45,189 nucleotides of DNA from Patescibacteria group bacterium (GTDB taxonomy: Bacteria; Patescibacteriota; Minisyncoccia; UBA6257; GWB1-50-10), in assembly GCA_038065455.1 (NCBI GenBank), contig JBBTQX010000005.1:1-45189 (forward strand), read 5' to 3'. Within the stretch, counting starts at the first letter, position 1. Each line of letters opens with the position of its first letter. The position numbers were made by a program, and so were the translations under genes. Shown here piece after piece: positions 26,137-36,354 of the stretch. The notes beneath the pieces were generated by a model. It ran no database searches. It was given only the letters and a program-made list of their open reading frames with translations, and was not told the DNA's origin.

Positions 26137-26553
26137 TTAGCTCTTGGTTTTCTTTTTCTTGGCGCCGTATTTGGAGCGCTGCTGGTTCCGATCCACGCCC
26201 GAAGTGTCGAGAATTCCCCGCACGATGTGATAGCGAACGCCCGGCAAATCTTTCACACGGCCGCCCCGAATCATTACGACGGAGTGCTCCTGAAGGTTAT
26301 GTCCTTCGCCTGGGATATAAGCCGTGACCTCCATGCCGTTCGTGAGCCGGACCCTGGCCACTTTCCGGAGAGCCGAGTTCGGCTTCTTCGGCGTGGTCGT
26401 AAAGACCTTCAGGCAAACCCCCCGCTTGAAGGGCGAGGAAGAATTCACCGGGCGGTTTTTTAGGTAATTAAAATAAAAATCCAGGGCAGGCGCTTTGGAT
26501 TTTCTCGGGGTTCTCACCCGTCCGCGCTTAATTAGTTGATGTATTGTAGGCAT
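26137..26553 (-). CDS. rpsL: 30S ribosomal protein S12
   Basis: [19 protein letters not shown]; [10 protein letters not shown]; [12 protein letters not shown]. Confidence 0.99.
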   Translation of the reverse strand: MPTIHQLIKRGRVRTPRKSKAPALDFYFNYLKNRPVNSSSPFKRGVCLKVFTTTPKKPNSALRKVARVRLTNGMEVTAYIPGEGHNLQEHSVVMIRGGRVKDLPGVRYHIVRGILDTSGVDRNQQRSKYGAKKKKTKS

Positions 26554-26571
26554 TTTTTAAATGCGTAGTTA

Positions 26572-26600
26572 AATCTAACGAATGACCAGTGATATGTCAA
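26572..26600 (-). promoter_or_regulatory. Putative sigma70 promoter of the str operon
   Basis: TTGACA-17 nt-TAGATT on the minus strand. Confidence 0.65.
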
Positions 26601-26628
26601 GGTTAGGCTTGCAAACCCAGAATATCTC

Positions 26629-27258
26629 CTATTGATTGGCGAATTTGAAGGTGGAGAGAATTTGTTCAACTATTTTTTGATCGTTCCCCCTACCCCAGAC
26701 CAGCAAGCCATAATAGGTATTTCTGTCTTTGAAGGCGTAAAAAACATCGAACTCGCCCCCGGGACCGGCAAGAACTTGATTTTTGAAACCTAAAACTCCG
26801 ATTGGCGATATGTCCATAATTTTAGTCTCATTTGAGTCTTTTGATCCCTTTGAATTATCATAATCCAAATTTAACTTGCCAATAAAACCGTTCACCCCCT
26901 CACTGATTGATAGATCAAAACCAGAATCCTCAACGATGTACCTTTGAATCTGTATTTTTACGCCGTTTGGGTTACCTCTTTCATATTTATTCTCATCATA
27001 GTTGATAAGATTATGGCCAAGATATACGTGATACACGTTAGGATATGAAATAATAAATCCGAGTCCTTGATTCGTATATTGTTGCCAGCCGGAAGTATCA
27101 ATCTCCGCCACAGTTGAAGTCGGCGCTTGTACCTGCGGCGTCGGCACCGGTGTCTGGGTTTTCGTCCCGAACGCAAAATACCCTCCCACAACCACAGCAA
27201 GAGCGAGGATGAAGATTACGATTTGAGGAGTGGTGAAGGCTTTGTTATCCTTGAACAT
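26629..27258 (-). CDS. Membrane-anchored exported protein with pilin-like N-terminus
   Basis: KAFTTPQIVIFILAL TM, Pro/Thr linker, DTSGW..YTN...GF.ISYP and QILSTFKF motifs (PsbP-like pattern seen in CPR surface proteins). Confidence 0.65.
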   Translation of the reverse strand: MFKDNKAFTTPQIVIFILALAVVVGGYFAFGTKTQTPVPTPQVQAPTSTVAEIDTSGWQQYTNQGLGFIISYPNVYHVYLGHNLINYDENKYERGNPNGVKIQIQRYIVEDSGFDLSISEGVNGFIGKLNLDYDNSKGSKDSNETKIMDISPIGVLGFKNQVLAGPGGEFDVFYAFKDRNTYYGLLVWGRGNDQKIVEQILSTFKFANQ

Positions 27259-27264
27259 GATTTT

Positions 27265-27585
27265 TTACTTTTGGAGCTCCTGTTTTAAAAACGGGATGTC
27301 TTCTTGCGCGGTCTTCCACACTGCTTCAACATCAATTTCAAAATAATCATGGATAAGTTTATCGCGCATACCGGCAATTTGCTTCCAGGGAACATTAGTG
27401 TAAACGCGTTTAAATTCTTCTGATAATTTTTTGGCGGCTTCGCCAATAACGCCCAATTCTCGCATTACGGCGCTTAACACCAACTCGTCCTCAATAAATT
27501 TCTAGAACGTCAAACCTGCAGTGAATTTCTCAATCTTTGTAATCGATTCTAAAATATGTTCTATATAGAGCTTGTCATTTCCCAT
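27265..27585 (-). pseudogene. HepT-like HEPN (DUF86) toxin with in-frame TAG at codon 28
   Basis: MGNDKLYIEHILESITKIEKFTAGLTF*KFIEDELV...IGEAA...VPWKQIAGMRDKLIHDYFEID; TAG at 27502-27504. Confidence 0.88.
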
Positions 27586-27868
27586 AGAACGGTTGCAGAT
27601 TCGCTAAAACGCTCTCTTTTATATGCGGACAAAGAGCACGTTCGGTAACCAAGTCAACTTTCCTCCCTAAAATTTCTGAAAGTTCTATTTCCAAGCCAAC
27701 AATTCCAAAGAGACTCTTTGGCTGATTGAATCTCACCAAAAGATCGACATCGCTTTCTTGATGTGCCTCGCCTTTCGCAAACGAGCCAAAAACGCCCGCA
27801 AACGCAACATCGTTGCTTTTGAGAACCGGTATGATGGACTGTAAGTTCAACTGATTCATAATCGTCAT
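27575..27868 (-). CDS. MntA-like minimal nucleotidyltransferase antitoxin
   Basis: VFGSFAKGE....SDVDLLV (GSX10DXD), LGRKVDLVT; overlaps the HEPN start. Confidence 0.92.
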   Translation of the reverse strand: MTIMNQLNLQSIIPVLKSNDVAFAGVFGSFAKGEAHQESDVDLLVRFNQPKSLFGIVGLEIELSEILGRKVDLVTERALCPHIKESVLANLQPFYGK

Positions 27869-27909
27869 TATTATAATTATAATAGCTTAAAAGCGGGCGC
27901 GATTCAACC

Positions 27910-27975
27910 CTACACGACGACAAGAGCGAGGATGAAGATTACGATTTGAGGAGTGGTGAAGCCGAACTTATTCAT
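27910..27975 (-). pseudogene. 21-codon stub of a pilin-like N-terminus
   Basis: MNKFGFTTPQIVIFILALVVV*, paralogous to the N-terminus of 26629-27258. Confidence 0.7.
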
Positions 27976-27987
27976 ATTTTTATTGTA

Positions 27988-29033
27988 TCACTTCTCAATT
28001 TTCAAAACTATTTTTGGGTCGCCGATAACCACATCCATCCAAGAAAGGAACGGAGAAGCCGCATAAAAGCTCTCCGCGAGATTATAACCCTTGGTATAAC
28101 GGTCAAAAAGCACTGAAACATCAGCCATGGCCGAGGAGTAGGACTCATAAACATATCCCTTGGCACCGGTTATACCCTCTTCTATCAGATCGGCAATAAG
28201 CGACTGGCCGTATAGGGCGGGCTTGTTGAAAGTCCGACCGGAGGTGGAAACATAGGTTTCGGCAATTGCGCCGGGCACCCAAGTATTTTTCGGCTTGGCA
28301 TACTCCGTGGAACTCGTCGCGTGGCGGTCGTTGCTCCCCCAACTGGCATAGCCGATTACATTTTGCTGATTAGCGAGGAAGGTTTCGGTGGTGTCTAAAA
28401 CCACATTAAATCCTCTTTCTTGGAGTGATCTGGCCGCATTCGCCATTTGCGCATTCAGATTTAAAGCCCAAGTAGGATCCTCATCGAAAACAAATTTGTC
28501 CGCGGAGAGAAGAACGGGATTTTTCGCCCGATCAATAAGAGCTCTCACATCGGCTACCGTATATCCATCCAGACGGGTTACCAAATACATATCGTATTTG
28601 TTTTTTGCAAAATGACCGTCGGCCATAAAATATCGCGACCCTAAACTGCTGGGATTACCGATGTATTGGCTATCTTGGGGAAAAATTAAAGCCAATTCGC
28701 TGTCCACCGAAGCGGATTTGCGTTCGCTATCCAAAGCCGAAGCCGGCTCACCATCCGAATCGAAATCCCCGCGTTTCACCTTGAGTGGTACGCCTTTGGT
28801 GGTCACGATATAATTTATTTTTTGCATCAGGTCGTTGATTCTCAAATGATTTTCTATCTGCGAACGAATGTTTTGGAAATCCGCATCATTTCAATGGGAA
28901 AAACTTGCGCCGGTGTTTGAACCACTTCACCCATTGAAATTACCGGATTTTTGTTTTTATCCCAAAAAACGAATCCTTCTATAACAAGAAGACCGGCTAA
29001 AGCTCCCAGGATTGCGGATTGTAATTTTGACAT
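27988..29033 (-). pseudogene. TIGR03790-like exported protein, frameshifted near 28890
   Basis: Signal anchor MSKLQSAILGALAGLL. The frame changes to NDADFQNIRSQIENHL..INYIVTTKGVP, SVDSEL, LVTRLDG, GAIAET.VSTS, G.NLAESFY, LSW....GDP. Confidence 0.65.
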
Positions 29034-29040
29034 TTGATTT

Positions 29041-29664
29041 TTACACCCCCAGCAGAAATCCGGCGATGACGGAAACAATCGGGCCGAGAAAAGGCAAGCC
29101 GGTAAAAATAAGGATAATGAGAATAAGCCAGCCATAGGGATTCCGCTCATCGAAAAATCTCTTAAATACCCCGGCGGAATCCGGTATCAGGAATGTCGCC
29201 ACCTTCGCACCATCCAAGGGCGGAATGGGAATAAGATTGAAAACCGCGAGCACTATATTAATAACTACGATAATGCTTATTAAGTAGGATAAAACGGCGA
29301 ATGTTTCCCCGCCTGCCAATCCGACCAAACGATAAACAATGCTCAAAACTACGGCAATAGCGAGATTACTCAAAGGTCCGGCAGCGGCAATCAAAGCCGC
29401 GCCCTTTTCGGGATTTTTCAGGTTATAGGGATTATAAGGCACGGGCTTCGCCCAGCCGAAAATTATTCCGCCCGGCACAAGCGAAAGTATCAGCGGCAAA
29501 AATACCGAACCGACCGGGTCCAGATGTTTCAAGGGATTCAACGTAAGCCGGCCGGCATCACGCGCCGTCGGGTCCCCCAATTTTTCCGCCATGAAGCCGT
29601 GGGAAACTTCATGGATTACCGCCGAAAAAATGAGGATGATAATTTGAAAAACGATTAATTCCAT
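29041..29664 (-). CDS. Site-2 protease family (M50) membrane metalloprotease
   Basis: HEVSH, GD.TA...GRLTLNP..H.D, GWAKPVP, AAGP.SN, FNLIPIPPLDG. Confidence 0.95.
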   Translation of the reverse strand: MELIVFQIIILIFSAVIHEVSHGFMAEKLGDPTARDAGRLTLNPLKHLDPVGSVFLPLILSLVPGGIIFGWAKPVPYNPYNLKNPEKGAALIAAAGPLSNLAIAVVLSIVYRLVGLAGGETFAVLSYLISIIVVINIVLAVFNLIPIPPLDGAKVATFLIPDSAGVFKRFFDERNPYGWLILIILIFTGLPFLGPIVSVIAGFLLGV

Positions 29665-29690
29665 TTGCCTTAATGTTATAATGATAATGA

Positions 29691-30335
29691 ATGAAAAGCG
29701 ACAAGACAATTTATTTTTTCGTGCTGGTCTTCGCCTTCCTGGTTCTGGGTGGCTTTTATCTCGTCTTCGATAAGATAAGCGGACTTGAAACAGCGGTGAA
29801 GAATGTCGAGCTCAATTACCAACTAGCTTCAAAAATCGGTGTGGTGGAAAAGCCAATCGTATCGGCAACATCGACTCCCGAAGTCACTGGTAATCCTCCG
29901 ATTCAAAATCCTCCGGCGGATAATACGAGCGCCGATATAATCATTCCGACCGGAATAATTTTCACGGCGAGTTCCAGTCCGGCTCTCCAGCCCCAAACCC
30001 CGGTCACCGTCACAATAGAAAGCGTAACGAAAAAATCCGACGGTTCAATCATTGTCCAGATAAAAACCTTTACGAGCCAAGCGACAGGCTACAGCGCCAT
30101 CGACCCCAAGACCTTCATCCAATATGTGAGCCTCGATTCCGAAAATCAGGACCCGGCGAACGCGAGCCCCATCTTCGCTTCGATGCCGCCCAAGAGCGTA
30201 AATACCGGCACTGTCATCTTCTACGCAACCCCAGATAAAACGGCGATAATCCTCCAAATGGGACGAGGCGATAATCCGACATTCTACGAGTTTAACTTCA
30301 CGAAAAAGACCTACAAAGAAACCGTCGTCGGTTGA
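29691..30335 (+). CDS. Hypothetical membrane-anchored protein
   Basis: 214-aa ORF with N-terminal TM, Pro/Thr linker and beta-rich C-domain. Confidence 0.7.
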   Translation: MKSDKTIYFFVLVFAFLVLGGFYLVFDKISGLETAVKNVELNYQLASKIGVVEKPIVSATSTPEVTGNPPIQNPPADNTSADIIIPTGIIFTASSSPALQPQTPVTVTIESVTKKSDGSIIVQIKTFTSQATGYSAIDPKTFIQYVSLDSENQDPANASPIFASMPPKSVNTGTVIFYATPDKTAIILQMGRGDNPTFYEFNFTKKTYKETVVG

Positions 30336-30376
30336 ACAATAGAAAATAATTTTTATCCCTGACATTATTTAGTTTA

Positions 30377-30405
30377 TTGACAGGGAAAGGCGTATCGCCT
30401 ATTCT
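30377..30405 (+). promoter_or_regulatory. Putative sigma70 promoter for rpmB and tRNA-Pro
   Basis: TTGACA-17 nt-TATTCT, 10 nt before the ATG. Confidence 0.65.
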
Positions 30406-30415
30406 TAAAATCGTT

Positions 30416-30607
30416 ATGCGAATGTGCGAAAAATGCGGGAAATCTTCGATTGGTGGCGGAACGCGCAAGCTTCTGCGCGGCCACTATAATCCGACCAACT
30501 GGACCAAAAAACGGGCGAATTTGCAGTGGACGAACTTGCTCATCAAAGGCAAACGTTCTTACGTTTGCACGAAGTGCCTCCGAACACTCACGAAAAAAGT
30601 GAAGTAG
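30416..30607 (+). CDS. rpmB: 50S ribosomal protein L28
   Basis: C..CGK.....G......R..YNPT....K.ANLQ...VCTKCLRT (CPR-type zinc bL28). Confidence 0.88.
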   Translation: MRMCEKCGKSSIGGGTRKLLRGHYNPTNWTKKRANLQWTNLLIKGKRSYVCTKCLRTLTKKVK

Positions 30608-30609
30608 CA

Positions 30610-30680
30610 CGGGCTGTAGTATAGCGGTAGTACGCATGCATGGGGTGTATGTAGCCCGGGTTCGATTCCCGGCAGCCCGA
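30610..30680 (+). tRNA. tRNA-Pro(GGG)
   Basis: cgggctgtagtatagcggtagtacg-catgc-atGGGgt-gtatg...gggttcgattccc-ggcagcccga. Confidence 0.92.
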
Positions 30681-30894
30681 CAAAAAGAATGAAAAAGTGG
30701 GGATATCGCCTGCCAAACTCGCTCTTTACGGCAAGCTGGACCTGACCGATATTCGGCGGATTGCCTCCCAGTAAAATAGTTAATCTCTTGAAAAGATTTT
30801 TATTATGCTCATCCATTTCGATTCTCCTTTCGTTATTAAATTATGAAAAAAAACCAACTGGAGTATTTTTACCTTATTTATATCAATAAATCAA

Positions 30895-32112
30895 TTAATA
30901 TCCCTCCAGTTTCTTGGCCTTGTCGTGTCCCCTTATCTTATCCAAAGCCTTGGCTTCAATCTGCCGAATGCGTTCGCGGGTAACGCCGAAAACCTTCCCC
31001 ACTTCTTCCAAAGTGTGCGGAATATTATCTTCCAAGCCGAAGCGCATCGAGAGTATTTTCCGTTCCCGCTCCGTGAGATCATCCAATATTTCCTTGATTT
31101 GGTCTTTCAGAAGCGCATGGCTCGCGAGCTGGTCGGGGCTCAAACTCTGTTCGTCTTTAATGAAGTCGGAAAGCGAAAGGTCATCCTCGCTGTCGCCGAT
31201 CGGCGCTTCGAGCGAAATGACTTCCTGGGAAATTTTCTGGATGTAGTGCACTTTCTTCACATCCATTCCCATTTCGGTCGCGATTTCTTCGGGCAACGGT
31301 TCGCGGCCCAATTCCTGCATCAGTTGGCGCTTCGTCTGGGTATATTTCGTAATGGTCTCCACCATATGCACCGGAATACGGATAGTGCGGGAATAATCCG
31401 CCAAAGCGCGGGTGACGGCTTGGCGAATCCACCAAGTCGCGTAAGTGGAAAATTTGAAACCCTTCCGATAGTCGAATTTATCGACGGCCCGCGAAAGGCC
31501 GATATTCCCCTCCTGAATCAGATCCAAAATGCTCAAACGCGGACTGCGGTTCACATAGCGCTTGGCGATCGAAACCACTAGTCTCAAATTTGCCTGAATC
31601 AATCTCTTTCGAGCGAGTTCATCGGACTGTTCGGCGCGCTTCGCCAAATCTTTTTCTTCCTGCGAAGTCAAAAGCGGCGTCTTGCCGATTTCTTTGAGAT
31701 ACATTTGGACGGCATCGGGCAGAATCTGGTCGAAGCGGGTCGCTTCCTTCAATTCCTGAAGGGAGATTTCTTCCAATTTCGTGTCTTTGATAAAAAGACT
31801 CGTCTCTTTTATCTTTACTCCATGCTCTTCGAGTTTGTTGTAAGCCCGCTCCAAAAAAGCGAGATTTTTTTCGATGTCCGGGAAATAATTCAGAACCTCG
31901 GCATCAGTGATAAATCCTCGGCTCCGGCCGCGCCGGACAAGCTCCCTAAGCCCTTCATCATATCCTTCCGGCACTTTCAGCTTCTTCTCTTTCGGTTTGG
32001 CTTTTGAAACCTTCTTTTTGGCCTTGGGGGATTTTTTTACTTTACGAACCTTCGGCTTTTTGGATTTATTGGCTTTTTTTCCTTTCTTCGCTTTTTTTAT
32101 TTTTTTTGCCAT
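30895..32112 (-). CDS. rpoD: Primary sigma factor RpoD with Lys-rich N-terminus
   Basis: [64 protein letters not shown]; follows dnaG. Confidence 0.97.
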   Translation of the reverse strand: MAKKIKKAKKGKKANKSKKPKVRKVKKSPKAKKKVSKAKPKEKKLKVPEGYDEGLRELVRRGRSRGFITDAEVLNYFPDIEKNLAFLERAYNKLEEHGVKIKETSLFIKDTKLEEISLQELKEATRFDQILPDAVQMYLKEIGKTPLLTSQEEKDLAKRAEQSDELARKRLIQANLRLVVSIAKRYVNRSPRLSILDLIQEGNIGLSRAVDKFDYRKGFKFSTYATWWIRQAVTRALADYSRTIRIPVHMVETITKYTQTKRQLMQELGREPLPEEIATEMGMDVKKVHYIQKISQEVISLEAPIGDSEDDLSLSDFIKDEQSLSPDQLASHALLKDQIKEILDDLTERERKILSMRFGLEDNIPHTLEEVGKVFGVTRERIRQIEAKALDKIRGHDKAKKLEGY

Positions 32113-32124
32113 ATAAGTGTTCCC

Positions 32125-33840
32125 TTATTTATTTAAATTATCGATACGCTTCGTCGTTTCCGAAAAATCTTTCAAAATATCGTTCACCGAATCATCATCT
32201 CCGACGCTCTGGGCCCTTTTAAGCGCATGCTTGAGGGACAACTGGCGTTCCTTGAGGCTGGTATTCTCGAGCCTTCTCATCAAATCCTTGAATTCTTTTT
32301 TCATTTTTTCCGGCTCCGCGTCCGCGAACTCGTAGGAAGATTGGAGTTCCAGGAATCCCCGGGACTCTTCCGCCGGATTGGCGAGAATCTTCTGGTAATC
32401 GGGCGGCAGAAGCTGGCTATTGGCTTTCAATATATTCAAAAAATCCTCTTTTGTCAAAGCGAGAGCAACCAATCGTTTCGCAACCTGGTCTATATAATCC
32501 GGCAAAGGCGCGCCGGCGTCCCCTTCCTCTTCCGTTCCATAGGACGAAAGTTCTCCGGTGTCCCCCAATTCTTCCGTAAGCGCGGCCTCCGATATACCCG
32601 ATCTCTTCGAAAGCTCCTTAACCCAAATATTCTCTTCCATCGCGCTCTTCAAGGACTTTACCATTCCGAGGAGGTGGCGAATTATCCTCTTTTGTTTGGG
32701 AATATCGCCTTCGGTCCAAACGCCCGGCCGGAAATAAACGCCGAAAATATAATCGAAGGCAGGCGCGGCCCGTCCAATGACATCTTTCAAAAAATTCGGG
32801 TCGGATTGGGCAGCGTCGGCCGGGTCCTTGAATTTCCCGAGATTCAGCACCTTCACGTGGAAATCGAACCGGTTGAAAAAGTCGAGCGCGCGTTCCAGAG
32901 CTTTGAGCCCAGCCGCATCATTATCGAAGCTCACGAGCACGGTATCCGCGAAGCGCCGGAGCTTTTCGAGATGATAGGGCGTAAGAGCCGTGCCCGAAAC
33001 CGCCGCGACGTTTTTTATTCCGGCCTGCCAAGCGCCCAGAAAATCCATCTGTCCTTCCACCAGAACGGCTGTTCGGCTGTCGGCGATGGCTTTCTTGGAT
33101 CGGTCGAAGCCATAGAGCGTCCGCGATTTGTTGAAAATGGGAGTTTCGGGCGAATTGAGGTATTTGGGCGGTGGAGTCGGAGAATCTTTGTACCTCGCCT
33201 CCGCTTCCGGCAATATCCGGCCCGTGAAGGCGACGGTCTTACCCACCTGGTTCGCAATTGGAAAAATTATCCGCTCGAAAAATTTATCGCGGTAAAGGCC
33301 GTTGGTATTTTTATGACTTAAACCCGCCCGCACCACGTCCCCGACCGCGTACCCTTTCTTGATAAGGAAAACAGTAAGCGAGTCGCCCCCGGGGCTGTAA
33401 CCCAAATCGAATTCATCGATTGTCTCGGGTTTTATGCCTCGGTCTTTCAAATACTTTTGGGCCGATTGGTTTTTCGCCAATTCGGCTTTGTAGAAATTCT
33501 TCGCCTCTTCGTGGAGATCGTAAAGAATCCCGAACTCCCTCTGCTGGGTCGGGCTCATCGTCTGAATCGGGATACCGGCCTTCTCGGCCAGGAATCTCAA
33601 AGCTTCCGGAAATTCCAGATGCTCGTAGAGCATCGCGAACTTGATGACATCGCCGCCCAAGCCGCAGCCGAAGCAGTGCCACATTTTCCGTTCGGGCGAA
33701 ACCATAAAAGACGGAGTTTTTTCACCGTGGAACGGACAAAGACCCTTGAGATTCTTCCCTGCCGGCGCGAGCGTCATATATGACCGAAGGAAATCGGCCA
33801 GGTCCAGTTTTTCCTTGATTAAATCAACTTCCTTAGCCAT
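32125..33840 (-). CDS. dnaG: DNA primase
   Basis: CPFH.EKTPSF..HCFGCG; KYLNSPET; VEGQMD; GTALT; FDND.AG. Confidence 0.98.
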   Translation of the reverse strand: MAKEVDLIKEKLDLADFLRSYMTLAPAGKNLKGLCPFHGEKTPSFMVSPERKMWHCFGCGLGGDVIKFAMLYEHLEFPEALRFLAEKAGIPIQTMSPTQQREFGILYDLHEEAKNFYKAELAKNQSAQKYLKDRGIKPETIDEFDLGYSPGGDSLTVFLIKKGYAVGDVVRAGLSHKNTNGLYRDKFFERIIFPIANQVGKTVAFTGRILPEAEARYKDSPTPPPKYLNSPETPIFNKSRTLYGFDRSKKAIADSRTAVLVEGQMDFLGAWQAGIKNVAAVSGTALTPYHLEKLRRFADTVLVSFDNDAAGLKALERALDFFNRFDFHVKVLNLGKFKDPADAAQSDPNFLKDVIGRAAPAFDYIFGVYFRPGVWTEGDIPKQKRIIRHLLGMVKSLKSAMEENIWVKELSKRSGISEAALTEELGDTGELSSYGTEEEGDAGAPLPDYIDQVAKRLVALALTKEDFLNILKANSQLLPPDYQKILANPAEESRGFLELQSSYEFADAEPEKMKKEFKDLMRRLENTSLKERQLSLKHALKRAQSVGDDDSVNDILKDFSETTKRIDNLNK

Positions 33841-33856
33841 TGTTTCCTTTCAGTTT

Positions 33857-33915
33857 ACCCCCACGCCAAATGGGGAGCAAGTTAAAATGAAAACTCCTTA
33901 TTTAGTGTGGGGGGT
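33857..33915. repeat. Short family 2-like palindrome upstream of dnaG
   Basis: acccccacgccaaat ... atttagtgtggggggt. Confidence 0.6.
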
Positions 33916-33979
33916 TAATCCCCTAAATCCTAAAAGGCAATCTCGCTAAAAAAACCGTGAGCGTTTACAATGAAATCAA

Positions 33980-34942
33980 ATGCTTATAGACGACATAACT
34001 ATCCGGGTTTCCGGCGGACACGGCGGGCGGGGCGCCGTCGCTTTCAACAAGAATATGAAATCCCTGGGCCCGACGGGCGCGCGGGGCGGAAACGGCGGAA
34101 ACGTCTTTTTTCTGGGTGTCTCCGATTTGAACGCCTTGAACCGCTTCCGGAACGAAAAAGAATTCTCCGCCCAGAACGGCGAAAACGGCAAGAGACAGAA
34201 TAACGACGGCAAAACCGGCGCGGACGTGATTTTGAATGTTCCCGTAGGAACCGTGGTTCATAATCTGACGAACGGTTCGGAAACCGAAATAACGAAAATC
34301 GGAGATAAAGTGATGATGGCGAAGGGCGGCCACGGCGGCAAAGGTAATTACCATTTTCGCTCCGCCGTAAACACGAGCCCGACCCAGTTCAAAGAAGGGA
34401 CGCCGGGCGAAAAATTCGAGCTTAATTTGGAACTCAAGATGATAGCGGACGTGGGATTTATCGGATTGCCGAACGCGGGAAAATCCAGCCTCTTGAACGA
34501 GCTGACTAAGGCCAAAAGCAAGGTGGCGAATTATCCCTTCACGACGCTTGAGCCGAACCTCGGCGCGTATTACGAGCTTATTCTTGCCGACATTCCGGGA
34601 CTCATTGAAGGCGCATCAACCGGAAAAGGCCTGGGCATAAAATTTCTGCGCCATGTCGAAAGAACCAAAATACTGTTCCATTTCGTCTCCGCCGAATCCG
34701 ATTCGCCGGTCAAGGATTACCGCGTCATCCGGAAAGAACTCAAAAAATACAGCCCCGCGCTCATAAAAAAGTTTGAATATGTATTTCTTACAAAAAGCGA
34801 CTTGGCAGACCCCAAGGATTTGAAGAAAAAAATAAGCGCCTTAAAAAAGACACTGGTCAAAGTCATCCCAATATCCGTCTACGACTGGGACAGCTTAGAA
34901 AAAGTTAAAGAAATACTAAATAAGATTCAAGCAAAGAAATAG
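33980..34942 (+). CDS. obgE: Obg family GTPase
   Basis: Gly-rich Obg fold, ADVG.IGLPNAGKSS, YPFTTLEPNLG, DIPGLIEGA..GKGLG..FLRH; no C-terminal OCT domain. Confidence 0.97.
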   Translation: MLIDDITIRVSGGHGGRGAVAFNKNMKSLGPTGARGGNGGNVFFLGVSDLNALNRFRNEKEFSAQNGENGKRQNNDGKTGADVILNVPVGTVVHNLTNGSETEITKIGDKVMMAKGGHGGKGNYHFRSAVNTSPTQFKEGTPGEKFELNLELKMIADVGFIGLPNAGKSSLLNELTKAKSKVANYPFTTLEPNLGAYYELILADIPGLIEGASTGKGLGIKFLRHVERTKILFHFVSAESDSPVKDYRVIRKELKKYSPALIKKFEYVFLTKSDLADPKDLKKKISALKKTLVKVIPISVYDWDSLEKVKEILNKIQAKK

Positions 34943-34945
34943 CCG

Positions 34946-35488
34946 CTATTTAACTGTTTCTTTGAATTTTACGGTTGCTTTCCCCTCTTTGAAATCAACC
35001 GATTGCCAATCCACCACCGGTATTTTAACGCCGACACTTTGAAAGTTCTGGGAATTCTGGCCAACCAGCTTGCCGACGAAGAAATTCATCAAAAAAGCGG
35101 GAACCGGCATAAAGCCGTAACGCATCTTCAAAAATTTAGGATAAAGTTTGCCGTTCTCCGCCGTAATCGAGGCCCGGACGAAAAGCGTCGCAGTGATCGG
35201 CTTCTGGGCAACCGCCGTTACCTCCGCGTAGCCGTCGAAAATCTTCACGGTCGCGCTTTTTATATATCCCTTCAATTGCCCGTTCACAACATCTATAAAT
35301 AGCCGGTCGAAATCTTTCTCAAATATAATCATCCGGGTGACGCCGTCGGCGTCAACGGTCTTTTGAATCGTCCCCATTTGTTCAGGTATCTTATCCGTCG
35401 CCGCCTGCGCGGAATTCAGACAAATTATTGCGAACAGAGCGAATATGACGGCGGAACGATTGATTTTTTTCATAAATCCGCTAAACAT
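34946..35488 (-). CDS. Hypothetical exported protein
   Basis: Signal peptide (MKKINRSAVIFALFAIICLNSAQA) and beta-rich body; start uncertain. Confidence 0.65.
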   Translation of the reverse strand: MFSGFMKKINRSAVIFALFAIICLNSAQAATDKIPEQMGTIQKTVDADGVTRMIIFEKDFDRLFIDVVNGQLKGYIKSATVKIFDGYAEVTAVAQKPITATLFVRASITAENGKLYPKFLKMRYGFMPVPAFLMNFFVGKLVGQNSQNFQSVGVKIPVVDWQSVDFKEGKATVKFKETVK

Positions 35489-35529
35489 TCGATAAAATCT
35501 CAAATCTGTTTTCCGAATTTCAATAATTT

Positions 35530-36336
35530 TTATTCGTTGTCTTCCATCTTGTTAGTATCTTTCTTATTATCTTTTTCTTCAGCCTCCGGTTGTTCCGTAG
35601 CCTCCTCTAGTTCATCAGCCTCTTCTGGTTCGTCTGCTTCTTCCGCTTCTTGTTCTTCCTTTTGCTCGATTTCTTCCTTTTCCTGATCAGCCTCACTCAT
35701 TTCTTTTTCAATATTTTTCTGCTCGTTTTGGAGAGAATTTTCAAGCTGATCTTTTTTCTGACCGAGTGCGTCGATTTGTCCGTCAATATCTTTAAGTTGT
35801 GCCTCCAATACTGCTATCTGGGCAGTGTCTCCGACGCGGCGCGCCTCCGCAAGAAGATTCGTTTTGATTTCTTTGCGCTGGGCTTTGAGTTGCTCTTTGG
35901 CATCTTTGAAAGTTTGCTCCAGAAGCTTATCCCGCGCGTCAAATTCATCATCCAGCGTTTTGGCAAGAGCGGAAACATCTTTGCCGGCTGTTTTCTCCTC
36001 ACTTACAATCTCTGCGGCATACGCGACATTGGCCTGAAGAAGCGATTCAGCTATTGCCAGTCCCTTGACATTAACGCCTTTTTTCTCAATCATAACTTTG
36101 ATTTCCGTGATACGCTCCCCCGCAAATTCAATTTGAAGCTTGGCTTTCGCCTCGGGGTTAAAGGTAAAGAATTGCCGCAGGTTTTCGCCAAGACGGTCAA
36201 GGAAATAGAACGAGCTTTCGGGAGTGAGACCTGCCGATGGAAGCGTAACTTGCAGACTTTGCGCGAAGACGGTGCCACTCGCGAATGCAAACACGGCTAC
36301 TAATGCGAACATGCCGGATATAAATGTTTTTTTCAT
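35530..36336 (-). CDS. Secreted DUF5667-like coiled-coil protein with acidic tail
   Basis: Signal peptide; LP.AGLTP.S.FYFLDRLGE....FFTF..E.KA.L....A.ER motif. Confidence 0.75.
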   Translation of the reverse strand: MKKTFISGMFALVAVFAFASGTVFAQSLQVTLPSAGLTPESSFYFLDRLGENLRQFFTFNPEAKAKLQIEFAGERITEIKVMIEKKGVNVKGLAIAESLLQANVAYAAEIVSEEKTAGKDVSALAKTLDDEFDARDKLLEQTFKDAKEQLKAQRKEIKTNLLAEARRVGDTAQIAVLEAQLKDIDGQIDALGQKKDQLENSLQNEQKNIEKEMSEADQEKEEIEQKEEQEAEEADEPEEADELEEATEQPEAEEKDNKKDTNKMEDNE

Positions 36337-36354
36337 ATTTCCCAATATAGCACA

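Larger units (their letters stand above)
27198..27961. repeat. 41-bp exact direct repeat (27198-27238 and 27921-27961) flanking the TA module
   Basis: caagagcgaggatgaagattacgatttgaggagtggtgaag is present twice. Confidence 0.9.

Noticed and set aside
27502-27504. Amber readthrough or alternative genetic code
   Set aside because: TAG and TGA terminate normal genes here, and no pyl or suppressor tRNA is visible.
30559-30816. 85-aa ORF downstream of rpoD
   Set aside because: It runs antisense through tRNA-Pro and rpmB with no motif; at most a remnant.
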